Source: an uncultured delta proteobacterium
GTDB taxonomy: Bacteria > Desulfobacterota > Binatia > Binatales > Binataceae
Direction: 5' to 3'
Assembly (NCBI GenBank): GCA_963842085.1
Contig: CAWJET010000001.1
Coordinates: 864,001-928,000, forward strand
DNA: 64,000 bases
Part shown: in pieces, positions 45,231 through 54,981 of the stretch
Layout of the letters: each line of letters begins with the position of its first letter
Position numbering within the stretch: position 1 is the first letter of the stretch
Program-made: the position numbers and the translations under genes
Notes under the pieces: generated by a model
Told to the model about the DNA's origin: nothing
Database searches by the model: none
What the model saw: only the letters and a program-made list of their open reading frames with translations

Positions 45231-45275
45231 GAGATCCTTCCTGCCGTTCGCGTTGCTCGCTTCGTCGGGATGACA
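45231..45275. repeat. Degenerate REP/MITE-like element
   Basis: GAGATCCTTC...GCTTCGTCGGGATGACA resembles the widespread GAGATCCTTCGCTTCGCTCAGGATGACA intergenic repeat (from memory). Confidence 0.4.
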
Positions 45276-45356
45276 AAAGAATGAACCAGAGTCGCAAGTT
45301 TCAATCGCGCGGCGGGATGTCTAAACTTGGATGCGGCACCTGGCGCCGATCGAACC

Positions 45357-46547
45357 ATGAAACTAGCAATCCCCGGATTCGCGATCATCGACCGCTACGT
45401 CGCGCGCGAAGTGCTGGCGCCGTTCGCCGTCGACGTCGGCCTGCTGACCTTCGCGCTGGTCACCGGCAAATTGCTCAAGCTGATGGACATGGTCGTCAAT
45501 CACGACGTCAGCCTGGGCGAGGTGCTCGGCATCATCGGGTACATCATGCCGGCCTTCCTGGAACTGACGTTCCCGATGGCGCTGCTGCTGGGCGTGCTGA
45601 TGGGATTTGGGCGGATGTCGAGCGACCAGGAGATGACCGCGGCGCGCGCCTGCGGCGTGAGCCTGTATCGGCTGGCAATCCCGGTGATGTTCGTGGCGCT
45701 GGGGGTGTACGCGCTGTCGAGCTACTTCGCGTTCTCGCTGCGGCCGTGGGCGAATTCCAACCTGCGCAACAAGCTTTACGAGCTCAGCCAGACGCGGACC
45801 AGCGCCGGGCTGAAGGAAAAAATTTTCAACAGCAATTTCCCCGGCCTGGTCGTTTACGTTGACGAGATGTCCGACAGCGACTCCAGCATGAAGGGCGTCA
45901 TGATTTCGGACGCGCGCGATCCGCACAACCAGAACACGATAATCGCCAAGCGCGGAGCGATGTTCCCCGACCCCAAGAACAAGACGATCACGCTGCGGTT
46001 GTTCGACGGTTCGATCTTCGGCGTCGAGCCCGAGAACGACGCGACGCACGTGACCAGCTTCAAGATCTACGACCTCAGCGTCAATCCCGAGGAGTCGCTC
46101 GGCGTCAGCGATGTGGAGCCGGACGAAATGAAGTACTCGGATCTGCGCGCCGACATCGCGGCCGCGCGCGCCAAGGGCAAACCCGACTACGACGCCGAGA
46201 CCGAGCTGGCGAGCAAGTTTACCGTCCCCTTCGCCACGATTCTGTTCGCGCTGCTGGGCATCTCGCTCGGGCTCAAGCCGGCGCGCGGCGGCCACTCGGA
46301 GCGCTTCGGCGTGAGCGTCGCGCTGTTCTTTCTCTATTACTCGCTGATGCGGGTGGGCGAGACGCTGGCGCAGCGCGGCCTGCTCAACGCGTGGTTGGCG
46401 ATGAGCATTCCCGACATCGTCTTCACGGTGCTGGCGTTGCGGTTCTTCTATCGCGCTGCGTCCGACAAGGCCGACCAGGGGCGCGGCCCCGGCGACATCA
46501 TCTGGGATCTGGTCGAGCGCTACGAGCGCAGCAGGCAGGCGGCATGA
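45357..46547 (+). CDS. lptF: LPS export ABC transporter permease LptF
   Basis: DRY, GRMSSDQEMTAARACGVS; multi-TM with a periplasmic beta-rich domain. Confidence 0.9.
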   Translation: MKLAIPGFAIIDRYVAREVLAPFAVDVGLLTFALVTGKLLKLMDMVVNHDVSLGEVLGIIGYIMPAFLELTFPMALLLGVLMGFGRMSSDQEMTAARACGVSLYRLAIPVMFVALGVYALSSYFAFSLRPWANSNLRNKLYELSQTRTSAGLKEKIFNSNFPGLVVYVDEMSDSDSSMKGVMISDARDPHNQNTIIAKRGAMFPDPKNKTITLRLFDGSIFGVEPENDATHVTSFKIYDLSVNPEESLGVSDVEPDEMKYSDLRADIAAARAKGKPDYDAETELASKFTVPFATILFALLGISLGLKPARGGHSERFGVSVALFFLYYSLMRVGETLAQRGLLNAWLAMSIPDIVFTVLALRFFYRAASDKADQGRGPGDIIWDLVERYERSRQAA

Positions 46548-47644
46548 GACTTCGCCCGCGCCTTTCGCCCGTCATTGACCGCTTCATCGCGGCCCAGTTC
46601 TTCGGCCCGTTCATGGTTTGCCTGGCGGCCTTCACGGCGGCCTATCTGCTCGGCGACATGTTCGATCGATTCGACGATTTAATCCGCTACGGCGGGCTGG
46701 GACTGCTGGGCCTCGAGTACTTCGCGCTCAAGCTGCCGCTGATTGTCTCGCAGGTGTTGCCGGTGGCGTGCCTGGCCGGTGTGCTGCTCGGCTTCGCGTT
46801 GCTCAATCGTTCGGGAGAGGTGCTGGCCTGCCAACAACTCGGCATCAGCCGGCTGGAGATGGCGGTGCCGGTGCTGTTGGTCGCGGTGTTGATCTCGGGT
46901 TTTGATTTTCTCATCAGCGAAACGGTCGTGCCCGCCGCGACGCGCCAGGCCAAGTACATCTATTCGGTGGAACTCAAGAAGCGTCAGCTCAGGGCAGTAT
47001 TCGCCAACCGGCGCATCTGGGTGCGCGTGCGCGACGGCTTCGTCTCGGCCGACCGCTACGACAAGAGAGACGCGCAACTCAAGGGCATCACCCATTATCA
47101 ACTCGACGACGATTTCGGCCTCAAGGATCTCGTGCATGCGGCCAGCGCGGAATGGAACGGTCACGTCTGGGTCGCGAAAGGCTTGAATTCGTTCCAGGTC
47201 GCCCCGGGTGGCACGGTGACCACCACCGACGCCACCCGGCTCGACCTGGGACTGACGCCGGCCGATTTCGGACTGCTGCGCTTCGACCCGGAGGAGTTCA
47301 GCCTATGGGAACTCGACCGCTACATCGCGGACCTGCGCAGCAAGGGACTCGACCCGGGCGGCTACGTCGTCGATCGCGATTTGAAGTATGCGATGCCGCT
47401 GGCGTGCTTGATAATGGTCGCGCTCGGGATGGCGCTGAGCCTCGACCCGCTGCCACGCAATATGAGCCTGGGCCGCAGCTTCGGGCTGGCAATCGTGATC
47501 GGTTTTGCCTACTGGACCGCGCTCGGAATCACGTCGGCGCTGGGCCGTTCGGCGCTGCTGCCGGCGGCGGTCGCCGCATGGATTCCAAATTTCATGTTCG
47601 CGATGATCGCGATCGCGATATTCCTGTTCGGCGAAGAACGGTGA
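46544..47644 (+). CDS. lptG: LPS export ABC transporter permease LptG
   Basis: ATGA overlap with lptF; LNRSGEVLA..GIS, AAWIPN. Confidence 0.88.
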   Translation: MRLRPRLSPVIDRFIAAQFFGPFMVCLAAFTAAYLLGDMFDRFDDLIRYGGLGLLGLEYFALKLPLIVSQVLPVACLAGVLLGFALLNRSGEVLACQQLGISRLEMAVPVLLVAVLISGFDFLISETVVPAATRQAKYIYSVELKKRQLRAVFANRRIWVRVRDGFVSADRYDKRDAQLKGITHYQLDDDFGLKDLVHAASAEWNGHVWVAKGLNSFQVAPGGTVTTTDATRLDLGLTPADFGLLRFDPEEFSLWELDRYIADLRSKGLDPGGYVVDRDLKYAMPLACLIMVALGMALSLDPLPRNMSLGRSFGLAIVIGFAYWTALGITSALGRSALLPAAVAAWIPNFMFAMIAIAIFLFGEER

Positions 47645-47669
47645 CCACCGCCCAGGCGCGCGGCGGGAT

Positions 47670-47957
47670 CTATTTGGCGCGATTTTCGATCAACTTGCTG
47701 CGCACCGCGATGTCGTAGGGGAGTGGCGCGCCGGGACAGAGCTCCGCGAGCCACTGTTTGGTGATTAGGTCAGGAAGTTTGCGAAAGCTAAATACTGAAA
47801 CGTAAACGGCGTCTCGCTGACCGGAGGACGGGTCTTCGATGAAATCACGACGGCATCGGGAACAGTGATATTGAATCACCGGTTTCCCGCGTTCGATCTC
47901 TATTCGGCGCCCGTGCGCACTGGACCATTTGTGGCTGTTCCATACGTCGCGGTCCAT
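47670..47957 (-). CDS. Small hypothetical protein with CxxC (possible Zn-binding)
   Basis: GAGGTG RBS; HKW...HCSRC...C. Confidence 0.6.
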   Translation of the reverse strand: MDRDVWNSHKWSSAHGRRIEIERGKPVIQYHCSRCRRDFIEDPSSGQRDAVYVSVFSFRKLPDLITKQWLAELCPGAPLPYDIAVRSKLIENRAK

Positions 47958-48135
47958 GGGAATTTCACCTCCCGAGGCAAATCGTGTGCGACGTGCCCGA
48001 TGCAAAACTAATATTCCGTTTGTTGTCCAAGCTCAAGGAAATCGGCCCTTAGAGAACGACGAACACGGATTTTTTGTGACCAAAAATCCTGGCGACTTCT
48101 TGAGGTGGGGATAGGGTCTCGATTACGAAGTTTTT

Positions 48136-49029
48136 TCAGTTCGTATCCGGAGATTGCCTGTTCGCCAGTGAGCGGTTGGCCCAGACGGGCGATTCTAACC
48201 ATCGATTGTCTTGAAGCGCATCCCGCTGCGTTCCGTTTGCCATCTTGTAGTTTTCGACTTCCTTCATTCGCGAGAGCGCGTAGCGGAACGGCTCATTCGA
48301 GATCGTCACAACGCCCTGGTACGGATGCGCCAGTTCGACAATCGCCAGGATCGTCATGCCGAGCAAGATTGAAAAGAACCCGCACATTATCTCCTGCGCG
48401 CGAAACACGTTGCTGCCGAAGAAATAGCTGAAGCCGATCGTCATCGCGCATCCGAGGTAGATTACCATCCACACCACCGAGGGAAGATCGTCGGCGTAAA
48501 AGAGAAATCGGATGCTGCGCGCGTCGTCGATGATGTTGAGCTGGTCGATCGCCTTGTCCACCAGCATCTGCTCGCGGCTGTCGGCGGTGTGATATGAGAG
48601 CACGACCGACCAGAGCTTGAGGGCGCTGCCGGTGTCCGCGTGAGCGCGGTTAGTGGCCATCTGCGGCCATTCTTTTTCGATCACTCGATGAGTGTATTCG
48701 AGGACAGCCGATTCGAGCTGGGTCCGCATCGGGTCAGAGAACCCTGCGCCGAATTTGTAAAGGCTCTCCAGCGCCGTTGCTTCCTGGTGCGTGTTGGTGT
48801 TGGCCAGGCTGAACCGCTCCCACGTTGCAACAATAACAAAAGCAAGCACCAGGCCGTAAAATGCCCCGAGCACTCCGAAGGTAACCGAAGCCACCTCGTG
48901 GTTCTTCTGCAGACGGTCGAGAGGAACCAGTTGCCTGACGACGTAGAGACCCGCCACGCTGCCGCCACCGAACACCACCAGCACGAACAGGATCTGACCG
49001 AACGTTCCCCAATAGAGCAGAAAATCCAT
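48136..49029 (-). CDS. DUF4239-like (bestrophin-like) membrane protein
   Basis: G..YGLVLAFVIVATW, IEKEWPQM, L.HPY.G...IS.EPF pattern; strong RBS. Confidence 0.75.
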   Translation of the reverse strand: MDFLLYWGTFGQILFVLVVFGGGSVAGLYVVRQLVPLDRLQKNHEVASVTFGVLGAFYGLVLAFVIVATWERFSLANTNTHQEATALESLYKFGAGFSDPMRTQLESAVLEYTHRVIEKEWPQMATNRAHADTGSALKLWSVVLSYHTADSREQMLVDKAIDQLNIIDDARSIRFLFYADDLPSVVWMVIYLGCAMTIGFSYFFGSNVFRAQEIMCGFFSILLGMTILAIVELAHPYQGVVTISNEPFRYALSRMKEVENYKMANGTQRDALQDNRWLESPVWANRSLANRQSPDTN

Positions 49030-49195
49030 CTCCCAAGTCCCTCCTCCTCCGCCGCACAACGGATGCCGGTGACCAGAGAGAGTATTGGATTCACAGGCGA
49101 AGTTCATCCCGCCCCAACCAGCAACGCGATTCCCGCAAGAAAGTGTGAACCCCACAGCAGGGCTTCACATTCAATTAAGTGACCGCATCCAACCA

Positions 49196-50251
49196 CTACA
49201 GATTCGCGATTACGGCGCGCGTGAACTCTGACGTCTTCGCGGTGCCACCCTGGTCGGGCGTCAGCACGCGGCCGTCGGCGTACACCTTGCGCACGGCGGC
49301 GTCCAGGCGCGAGGCGTCGGCGCCGAAACCGAGGTAGTCGAGCATCAAGGCGGCCGAGAGCATCGTTGCGGAAGGATTTATGATCCCCATCCCCATGATA
49401 TCGGGCGCCGTGCCGTGTACCGATTCGAAGTAGGCGTAGTCCGCGCCGTAGCATCCGCTGGGAGCGAGCCCCAGCCCGCCGATAATTCCGGCAGCCGCGT
49501 CGGACAGGATGTCGCCGTACAGATTCGGCGCGACCACCACGTCGAGCTCGTGCGGCGATTGCACGAGCCGGCGCGCGAAGTCGTCCACGATAAACTGCTC
49601 GTACTTTATTTCAGGATACTTGCCCGCGGTTTCCTCGATGATCTTGCGGAACAGGCCGTCCGACTCGCGCAGCATGTTGTACTTCGACGTGCACGTGAGC
49701 TTGCCCTTGCCGCCGGCGCGCTTGCGCTTGAGCGCAAGCTGGCAGGCGAACTCGGCGACGCGCCGCGTCGCACGCTCGGTGATCACCTTGATCGCGTAGA
49801 TGCCGCGCTCGGACGTGTCGAGCGGCGCGCGCAGGATTTTGCTCATCAGTTTCAGCGGAGCGAGCGCTGCGAGCGGACCCTCGAGCCCGAGATACAGGTC
49901 TTCGAGATTTTCGCGCACGATCACGAAGTCGATTCCCTCGGGCCGGGCCAGCGGGCTTCGAAACCCCTTCGAGTAGCGCACCGGGCGGACGTTGGCGAAC
50001 GTCTGCTTGCCCCATCGCAGATAGGTGATGGCGGTGGTCTTGCCCGAGGTCGAGCCGAACAGCGTCGTATCGGACGCGTCGATTGCCTCGCGCGCGGCGG
50101 CGGCGGTCTCGCCGCGCACCCATTTCTCACCGGGCGGGAACTCGACGTAGTCGAGCGGAAGTTTCAAGGCGCGGATCGCGTCCATCGTGGCGCTCATCGC
50201 CTCCGGCGCCGCGTCGTCGCCCGGCAGCACTACGACTCTTTTGTTTGCCAT
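49196..50251 (-). CDS. Isocitrate/isopropylmalate dehydrogenase family protein
   Basis: NVRP, RENLEDLY, K.N, NLYGDILSD, FESVHGTAPDI. Confidence 0.92.
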   Translation of the reverse strand: MANKRVVVLPGDDAAPEAMSATMDAIRALKLPLDYVEFPPGEKWVRGETAAAAREAIDASDTTLFGSTSGKTTAITYLRWGKQTFANVRPVRYSKGFRSPLARPEGIDFVIVRENLEDLYLGLEGPLAALAPLKLMSKILRAPLDTSERGIYAIKVITERATRRVAEFACQLALKRKRAGGKGKLTCTSKYNMLRESDGLFRKIIEETAGKYPEIKYEQFIVDDFARRLVQSPHELDVVVAPNLYGDILSDAAAGIIGGLGLAPSGCYGADYAYFESVHGTAPDIMGMGIINPSATMLSAALMLDYLGFGADASRLDAAVRKVYADGRVLTPDQGGTAKTSEFTRAVIANL

Positions 50252-51297
50252 GTCGTTGTCTCAAGCGCCTCGCTGAGCGCCATCATGCATACGCCGGTTG
50301 CGAACGGCGCCGTCCCGATTTCGATCGAATTGTAAAAGGCAAAATCGCACGGCGGCGTTTGCTGCGACACGCCGGTGAAGGCGCCCTGCGCGTCTATCTT
50401 CGAGCAAATGGCGGCAAGTGCGCGCGTGTACGCGTCGCGCGCGCGCGCCTCGTCGAGACCGGCAAGCCGGGTCCGGATCGCGCGGCCAAACGCGAGCGCG
50501 AATCCGGCCGCGGCTGACGCCTCGAGGTACGAATCGTCACGATCAAGCACCGTGTGCCACAAGCCTGACTCGTCCTGCAGCGACGCGACCTTGTTCAGTT
50601 GGAGCGCCAGCGCCGCTCGCAGCTTCTCGACCTGTGCGGCAAGCCGTTGAGTCAGGCCCGCGGCCTCGATTTCGGCGAGCACTTGCGGCACCGCGATCGA
50701 AAACCAGCTATTGCCGCGCGCCCATAAACACGGCGAATGCGAGTTCCGGTCAAGGTAGGCGACGTGCCAGAAAAGTCCGGTGCTGGCGTCGGCCAGCTGA
50801 TCGCGATGAAGGATCATCTGAACCGCCGCACGCTCCAGCATCGCTGGGTCGCCTGAGATGCGGCCGAGCAATGCGAGCGCGGGCGCAGTGAAGTAGCAGA
50901 CGTCGATCCACACTTCGAGTGCCGGCGGATGCGGGATGAAGGCGCCATCGGGAGTCCGCGCGGCTGAATGCTCCATGAAGCCGACTATCGCGCGCGCATA
51001 GTCCAGGTAGCGCGGATCGTTCGTCTTCAGGTGCAGGTCGAGCGCCGGCAGCGCTTCGGCCGCCCAGAACCAGAACCATCCGTTGGTGCGCGGACCCGAA
51101 GCGAGCTTTGGCGCGAACCATCGCTCTGCTGCCTCGATCGGTCCGTCGGTCTTCAGCGCGCGCGCAGCGTAAATGAGCCCGTCGCACAGGATTGCGTCGC
51201 CCCAGTGCGGCTGCTTGGCGGGCAGCTCGCGGCCGGCATTCGCCGTCAGCCGCTCTAACGCGTGACGAACTTCGTCGAGAGAAAACTCTGGCCGCAT
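50230..51297 (-). CDS. Glycoside hydrolase family 88/105-like protein
   Basis: WIDVCYF, GLFWH, WARGNSW, GLWHTVLD, YLEASA; no signal peptide. Confidence 0.8.
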   Translation of the reverse strand: MRPEFSLDEVRHALERLTANAGRELPAKQPHWGDAILCDGLIYAARALKTDGPIEAAERWFAPKLASGPRTNGWFWFWAAEALPALDLHLKTNDPRYLDYARAIVGFMEHSAARTPDGAFIPHPPALEVWIDVCYFTAPALALLGRISGDPAMLERAAVQMILHRDQLADASTGLFWHVAYLDRNSHSPCLWARGNSWFSIAVPQVLAEIEAAGLTQRLAAQVEKLRAALALQLNKVASLQDESGLWHTVLDRDDSYLEASAAAGFALAFGRAIRTRLAGLDEARARDAYTRALAAICSKIDAQGAFTGVSQQTPPCDFAFYNSIEIGTAPFATGVCMMALSEALETTTWQTKES

Positions 51298-51333
51298 CTT
51301 GTCTTAGTACTGGGTGCAGGGATCATCCCCTGC

Positions 51334-51810
51334 TCATCCGCCGTAGGTCCATCCGGTCTCTTTCATTGTCAACGCTTCGGCGTCCCGCTTGACGTGCGCC
51401 TCGGTGACCTTGCCGACGACGACGCTGTGATCGCCGAGCTCGTAAAACCCGACGACGTCGCACTCGACCGACGCGGGCGCATCGCTGATGATTGGCGCGC
51501 CGTTGGCGCCGTTCTCGAACGCGAAGTCGCCGAATTTGCCGTCCTTGGGTTCGACATGACGAAAGAACGCGCCCGCGATCGCTTTCTGCCCGGCCGCGAG
51601 CATCGAAAGCGCAAACTTCTTCGAGTCTTTCACCATCGTGTGCGAACCCGAGTCCTTTTTGATCCCGACGACCACCAGCGGCGGGTTGAAGCTTGCTTGC
51701 GTGACCCAGTTGACGGTCGCCGCGGTGGCGTTGCCGCCGTGGGACGCGCCGAGAACGAACAATCCGTAGGGGATCATCAACAGCGATTGCTTTTTTGCTT
51801 TTTCATCCAT
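51334..51810 (-). CDS. Flavin reductase family protein
   Basis: WVTQASFNPP, GDHS, YGG end. Confidence 0.88.
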   Translation of the reverse strand: MDEKAKKQSLLMIPYGLFVLGASHGGNATAATVNWVTQASFNPPLVVVGIKKDSGSHTMVKDSKKFALSMLAAGQKAIAGAFFRHVEPKDGKFGDFAFENGANGAPIISDAPASVECDVVGFYELGDHSVVVGKVTEAHVKRDAEALTMKETGWTYGG

Positions 51811-51898
51811 GGTACAGGGCTCCTTCTCTTGAAGATTTTGAAGATCACGTCTCCACACCAGGCGGCGCGGGGATTATACTCAGGCAAAGACTGCACCG

Positions 51899-52234
51899 AT
51901 GGCGCTTATCAAGTCAAAGAGCCCGAAAATCAAAGCGCTCCACGAGGTGGGGCGCTACGCCGTCGGCGTGCAATGGGTTGACGGCCACGACAGCATTTTT
52001 CCGCTGGACAACTTGCGCCGCGGATGTCTGTGCGACGCTTGCAAGGGCAGCGTGAACGGCGAGGTGCCGCCTGCGAGCGTGCGCATGCGGCAGCTTTCGC
52101 GACTGGGCGAGGCGGCGGTGTTTATCGGATGGGCGGACGGGCACGAGACTATCTACACGATGCCGCAACTCAGAAGTCTCTGCCGATGCGCACACTGCGT
52201 GGCGGAGCCTGAACGCCCGATCACCGGCGGTTAG
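51899..52234 (+). CDS. DUF971 / GBBH-N-like protein with two repeats
   Basis: Two W.DGH...LR..CxCxxC units. Confidence 0.78.
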   Translation: MALIKSKSPKIKALHEVGRYAVGVQWVDGHDSIFPLDNLRRGCLCDACKGSVNGEVPPASVRMRQLSRLGEAAVFIGWADGHETIYTMPQLRSLCRCAHCVAEPERPITGG

Positions 52235-52264
52235 AAGCAAGTAACCTCCCGGGAGGATTCATCG

Positions 52265-52864
52265 ATGAATGGCAAAGCAATCGCGGGATTAGCGGCGGCG
52301 CTGGCGTTTGCGATGACGGCCACGATGGCGGCCGCGGCAGGACCGGGTGGCGGCGGAGTGGGTGGCGGCGGGGTCGGCGGCATGCACGGGATCGGCGCGA
52401 TAGGCAGTATTGGCGCGATCAATATGAGCGGAATTAGGTTTGGCGGAGGTGGAGGACGGACCGGTGGGATTGGCGGATCCATGACGAATGGACCGTTTCC
52501 GACCAACGAACCGGAACATTACCATGAGATTAAGCTTGTCGGACGCCTGGCGAAAGACGAGTCAGGGTTGACGATAGATCAGCAGATCGTGCGCATGCGC
52601 GTTGACGGGCGGACGATCCCGATGGCGATTAACGGCGATGCTATGAGCAACAGCCTGCAGCTCGATCAAGGCGACGAACTCGGACAGGAGTTGTATCGCC
52701 TTATTCTGAGCAGGCAGTTGCAAGTGGTTGGAGACCAGAAACTGCGCGCTCAGATTGCCGACGCGGCGGCGGCCAACCCCTCGAAGCGGATACTGGTGGA
52801 CGGCTTCGTGTACGATCGCATGACGCCGTACCTGGTGCTGGTCTCGGTAGGCGACGCTCCGTAG
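52265..52864 (+). CDS. Secreted hypothetical protein with Gly-rich N-terminus
   Basis: GGAGGA RBS, signal peptide, poly-Gly linker. Confidence 0.75.
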   Translation: MNGKAIAGLAAALAFAMTATMAAAAGPGGGGVGGGGVGGMHGIGAIGSIGAINMSGIRFGGGGGRTGGIGGSMTNGPFPTNEPEHYHEIKLVGRLAKDESGLTIDQQIVRMRVDGRTIPMAINGDAMSNSLQLDQGDELGQELYRLILSRQLQVVGDQKLRAQIADAAAANPSKRILVDGFVYDRMTPYLVLVSVGDAP

Positions 52865-52882
52865 CGAGCAAGTCGCGCCTTC

Positions 52883-53539
52883 TTAACGCATCGGGTTGGA
52901 TTGCGACTGCTGTTGCGGATGCTTGCTGATGCTGCCGCGGCCGTTCGAGCCGCCGTTTAGCGCATTGAGATTGACCTGCGCGACCTTCAGGTTGGGGTCC
53001 AGCCTGAGGGCCTTCTCCCACGCTTCCTCGGCTTCGCCGAAGCGCTGCAAATCGTTCAGCGCCATGCCCTTGGCGTTGTAGAGCCGCGCATTGGAAGGAT
53101 CCTTGACTATTCCGGCGTTGGCCGCCAGCAGCGCATCTTCGGAGTCGCCGACGCGCATATAGATGTCGGCCAGCTCGATGAAGTTATTGCCCGACGGATT
53201 CAACTGGGTCGCGGTGCGGTACATATCGATCGCAGTGGCGCCGTCGCGCAGCAGGCCGTAGCAGAAGCCGAGGTCGACGTACGCCGAGTCGTTCCGCGGA
53301 TCGATTTTCAGCGCCAGGCGCAGCTTGTCCATCGCCTGGTGAATCAATCTGGTATCGACCGGATCGGACTGACCGGCGTGCACGATCGTTTTTTCCGCCT
53401 CGGCCACGACCGCATCGGATTCGGCGCGGTTGACCTCGGCTGCGTGGCTCGAAGATGTGATCGCGCAGACTCCCAACGCAACGATTGCGATCGCAATTGC
53501 CAGATTCAATCGTGCCTTTCCGTAGTATCGAGTAACCAT
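52883..53539 (-). CDS. Exported TPR-repeat protein
   Basis: Signal peptide and ~4 TPR motifs (AYVDLG, LYNAKG...ALRLDP). Confidence 0.82.
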   Translation of the reverse strand: MVTRYYGKARLNLAIAIAIVALGVCAITSSSHAAEVNRAESDAVVAEAEKTIVHAGQSDPVDTRLIHQAMDKLRLALKIDPRNDSAYVDLGFCYGLLRDGATAIDMYRTATQLNPSGNNFIELADIYMRVGDSEDALLAANAGIVKDPSNARLYNAKGMALNDLQRFGEAEEAWEKALRLDPNLKVAQVNLNALNGGSNGRGSISKHPQQQSQSNPMR

Positions 53540-53658
53540 GTTTACGCCACCGTTCACCCGGACACATCGATAATAGGCGCCGCGGGCGAATTGGCAAGAT
53601 TGAACCGTCCGGCACGACGAAGTTGTTTCAATGCGGCTGCTCCGATAACTATGGGTTC

Positions 53659-54654
53659 GTGCCCCGCGACTCGTTCAATCGTGAGATAGATTACCTGCGG
53701 TTGTCGGTAATCGACGCATGCAATCTGCGATGCGTCTACTGCATGCCGCTGGAGGGGTTGCGCTTTCTGCCCAAGGACGAGTTGCTGACGCCGGCGGAGT
53801 TCGAAACCGTCGCGCGCGCCGCGGTCAGCGTGGGCTTTCGAAAATTCCGCCTGACCGGCGGCGAGCCTACCCTGCGGCTCGATCTCGTCGAGATCGTCGA
53901 GCGGCTGGCGCAGGTCCCCGGAGTGGACGGCCTGGCGCTGACGACCAACGCACTCCTGCTCACCGAGCTTGCGCCCGCGCTCAAGCGCGCCGGACTGAAT
54001 CGAATCAACGTGCATCTCGACAGCCTGGACTCCGCGACTGTCGAGCGGCAGATGCGATGGGGCAGCTTCGAGAAAATCTGGCGTGGGATCGTCGCGGCCG
54101 AAGAGGCCGGACTCACGCCGATAAAGCTCAACGCGGTGGTGACGGCCGGCTACAACGAATCCGATGTTGTCGAGCTGGCGCGGCTGACGGTCGGGCGCGA
54201 CTGGCACGTGCGATTTATCGAGCTGATGCCGCTCGGCGGCGGCGAATGCGCGCGGCTGTCGATGAAACGCTACGTGTCGAACATCGAGACGCGGCGCAGA
54301 ATCGAGTCGGCGCTCGGCGCGCTAACTGAAGTGCCCTCGGAGAACCTGGCCGACGAATCGCGCAACTTCCGGCTGGCGGGCGCACGCGGCGTGGTCGGCT
54401 TCATCAGCCCGGTCAGCGAGCCCTACTGCGGGACCTGCAACCGGATGCGGCTGACGGCGGACGGAAAGTTCCACCTGTGCCTGCTCAACGACGACGAACT
54501 CGACGTGCGCAAAGCGTTGCGCTCGCATTCGCGCGACAGGATCGCCGACGTCGCGCGAATCCTCAAACGCGCAGTCGAGCTGAAGCCAACTGGCCATCAC
54601 CTGCTCGAGGGCCGCTCGACGCAGCATCGCTCGATGTACCAAATCGGCGGCTAA
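53659..54654 (+). CDS. moaA: GTP 3',8-cyclase MoaA
   Basis: CNLRCVYC, RLTGGEP, C..CNR.RLTADG...CL, terminal IGG. Confidence 0.96.
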   Translation: MPRDSFNREIDYLRLSVIDACNLRCVYCMPLEGLRFLPKDELLTPAEFETVARAAVSVGFRKFRLTGGEPTLRLDLVEIVERLAQVPGVDGLALTTNALLLTELAPALKRAGLNRINVHLDSLDSATVERQMRWGSFEKIWRGIVAAEEAGLTPIKLNAVVTAGYNESDVVELARLTVGRDWHVRFIELMPLGGGECARLSMKRYVSNIETRRRIESALGALTEVPSENLADESRNFRLAGARGVVGFISPVSEPYCGTCNRMRLTADGKFHLCLLNDDELDVRKALRSHSRDRIADVARILKRAVELKPTGHHLLEGRSTQHRSMYQIGG

Positions 54655-54981
54655 TATCTTAATTCTTTAATATATTCAGATACTTAGCTGCATACTACGA
54701 CGTTCTGACCACCAGATTTGACCATCGCCAGACCTTGGAAAAGGGGGTCGGGGGGCCGCTTTGAGCTAAGGGCCTGACGGTCCCTTTGAAGGGGACCATC
54801 GCCCGGGCTAATCGGGCCTAGGAAACATATACGGATTGCGAAATAAGCGTGTAAAGCGAAAAAAGGAGGGCGCTGAGAGGCCGACGCCCCTAGCTGAAGG
54901 TTACTATTGGGAAAAAAGCGAAATACGCGAAAAAAGGCGCCGTCCGAAGTTAGGCTGATGCTCGCTGACGCTCACCTGCGG

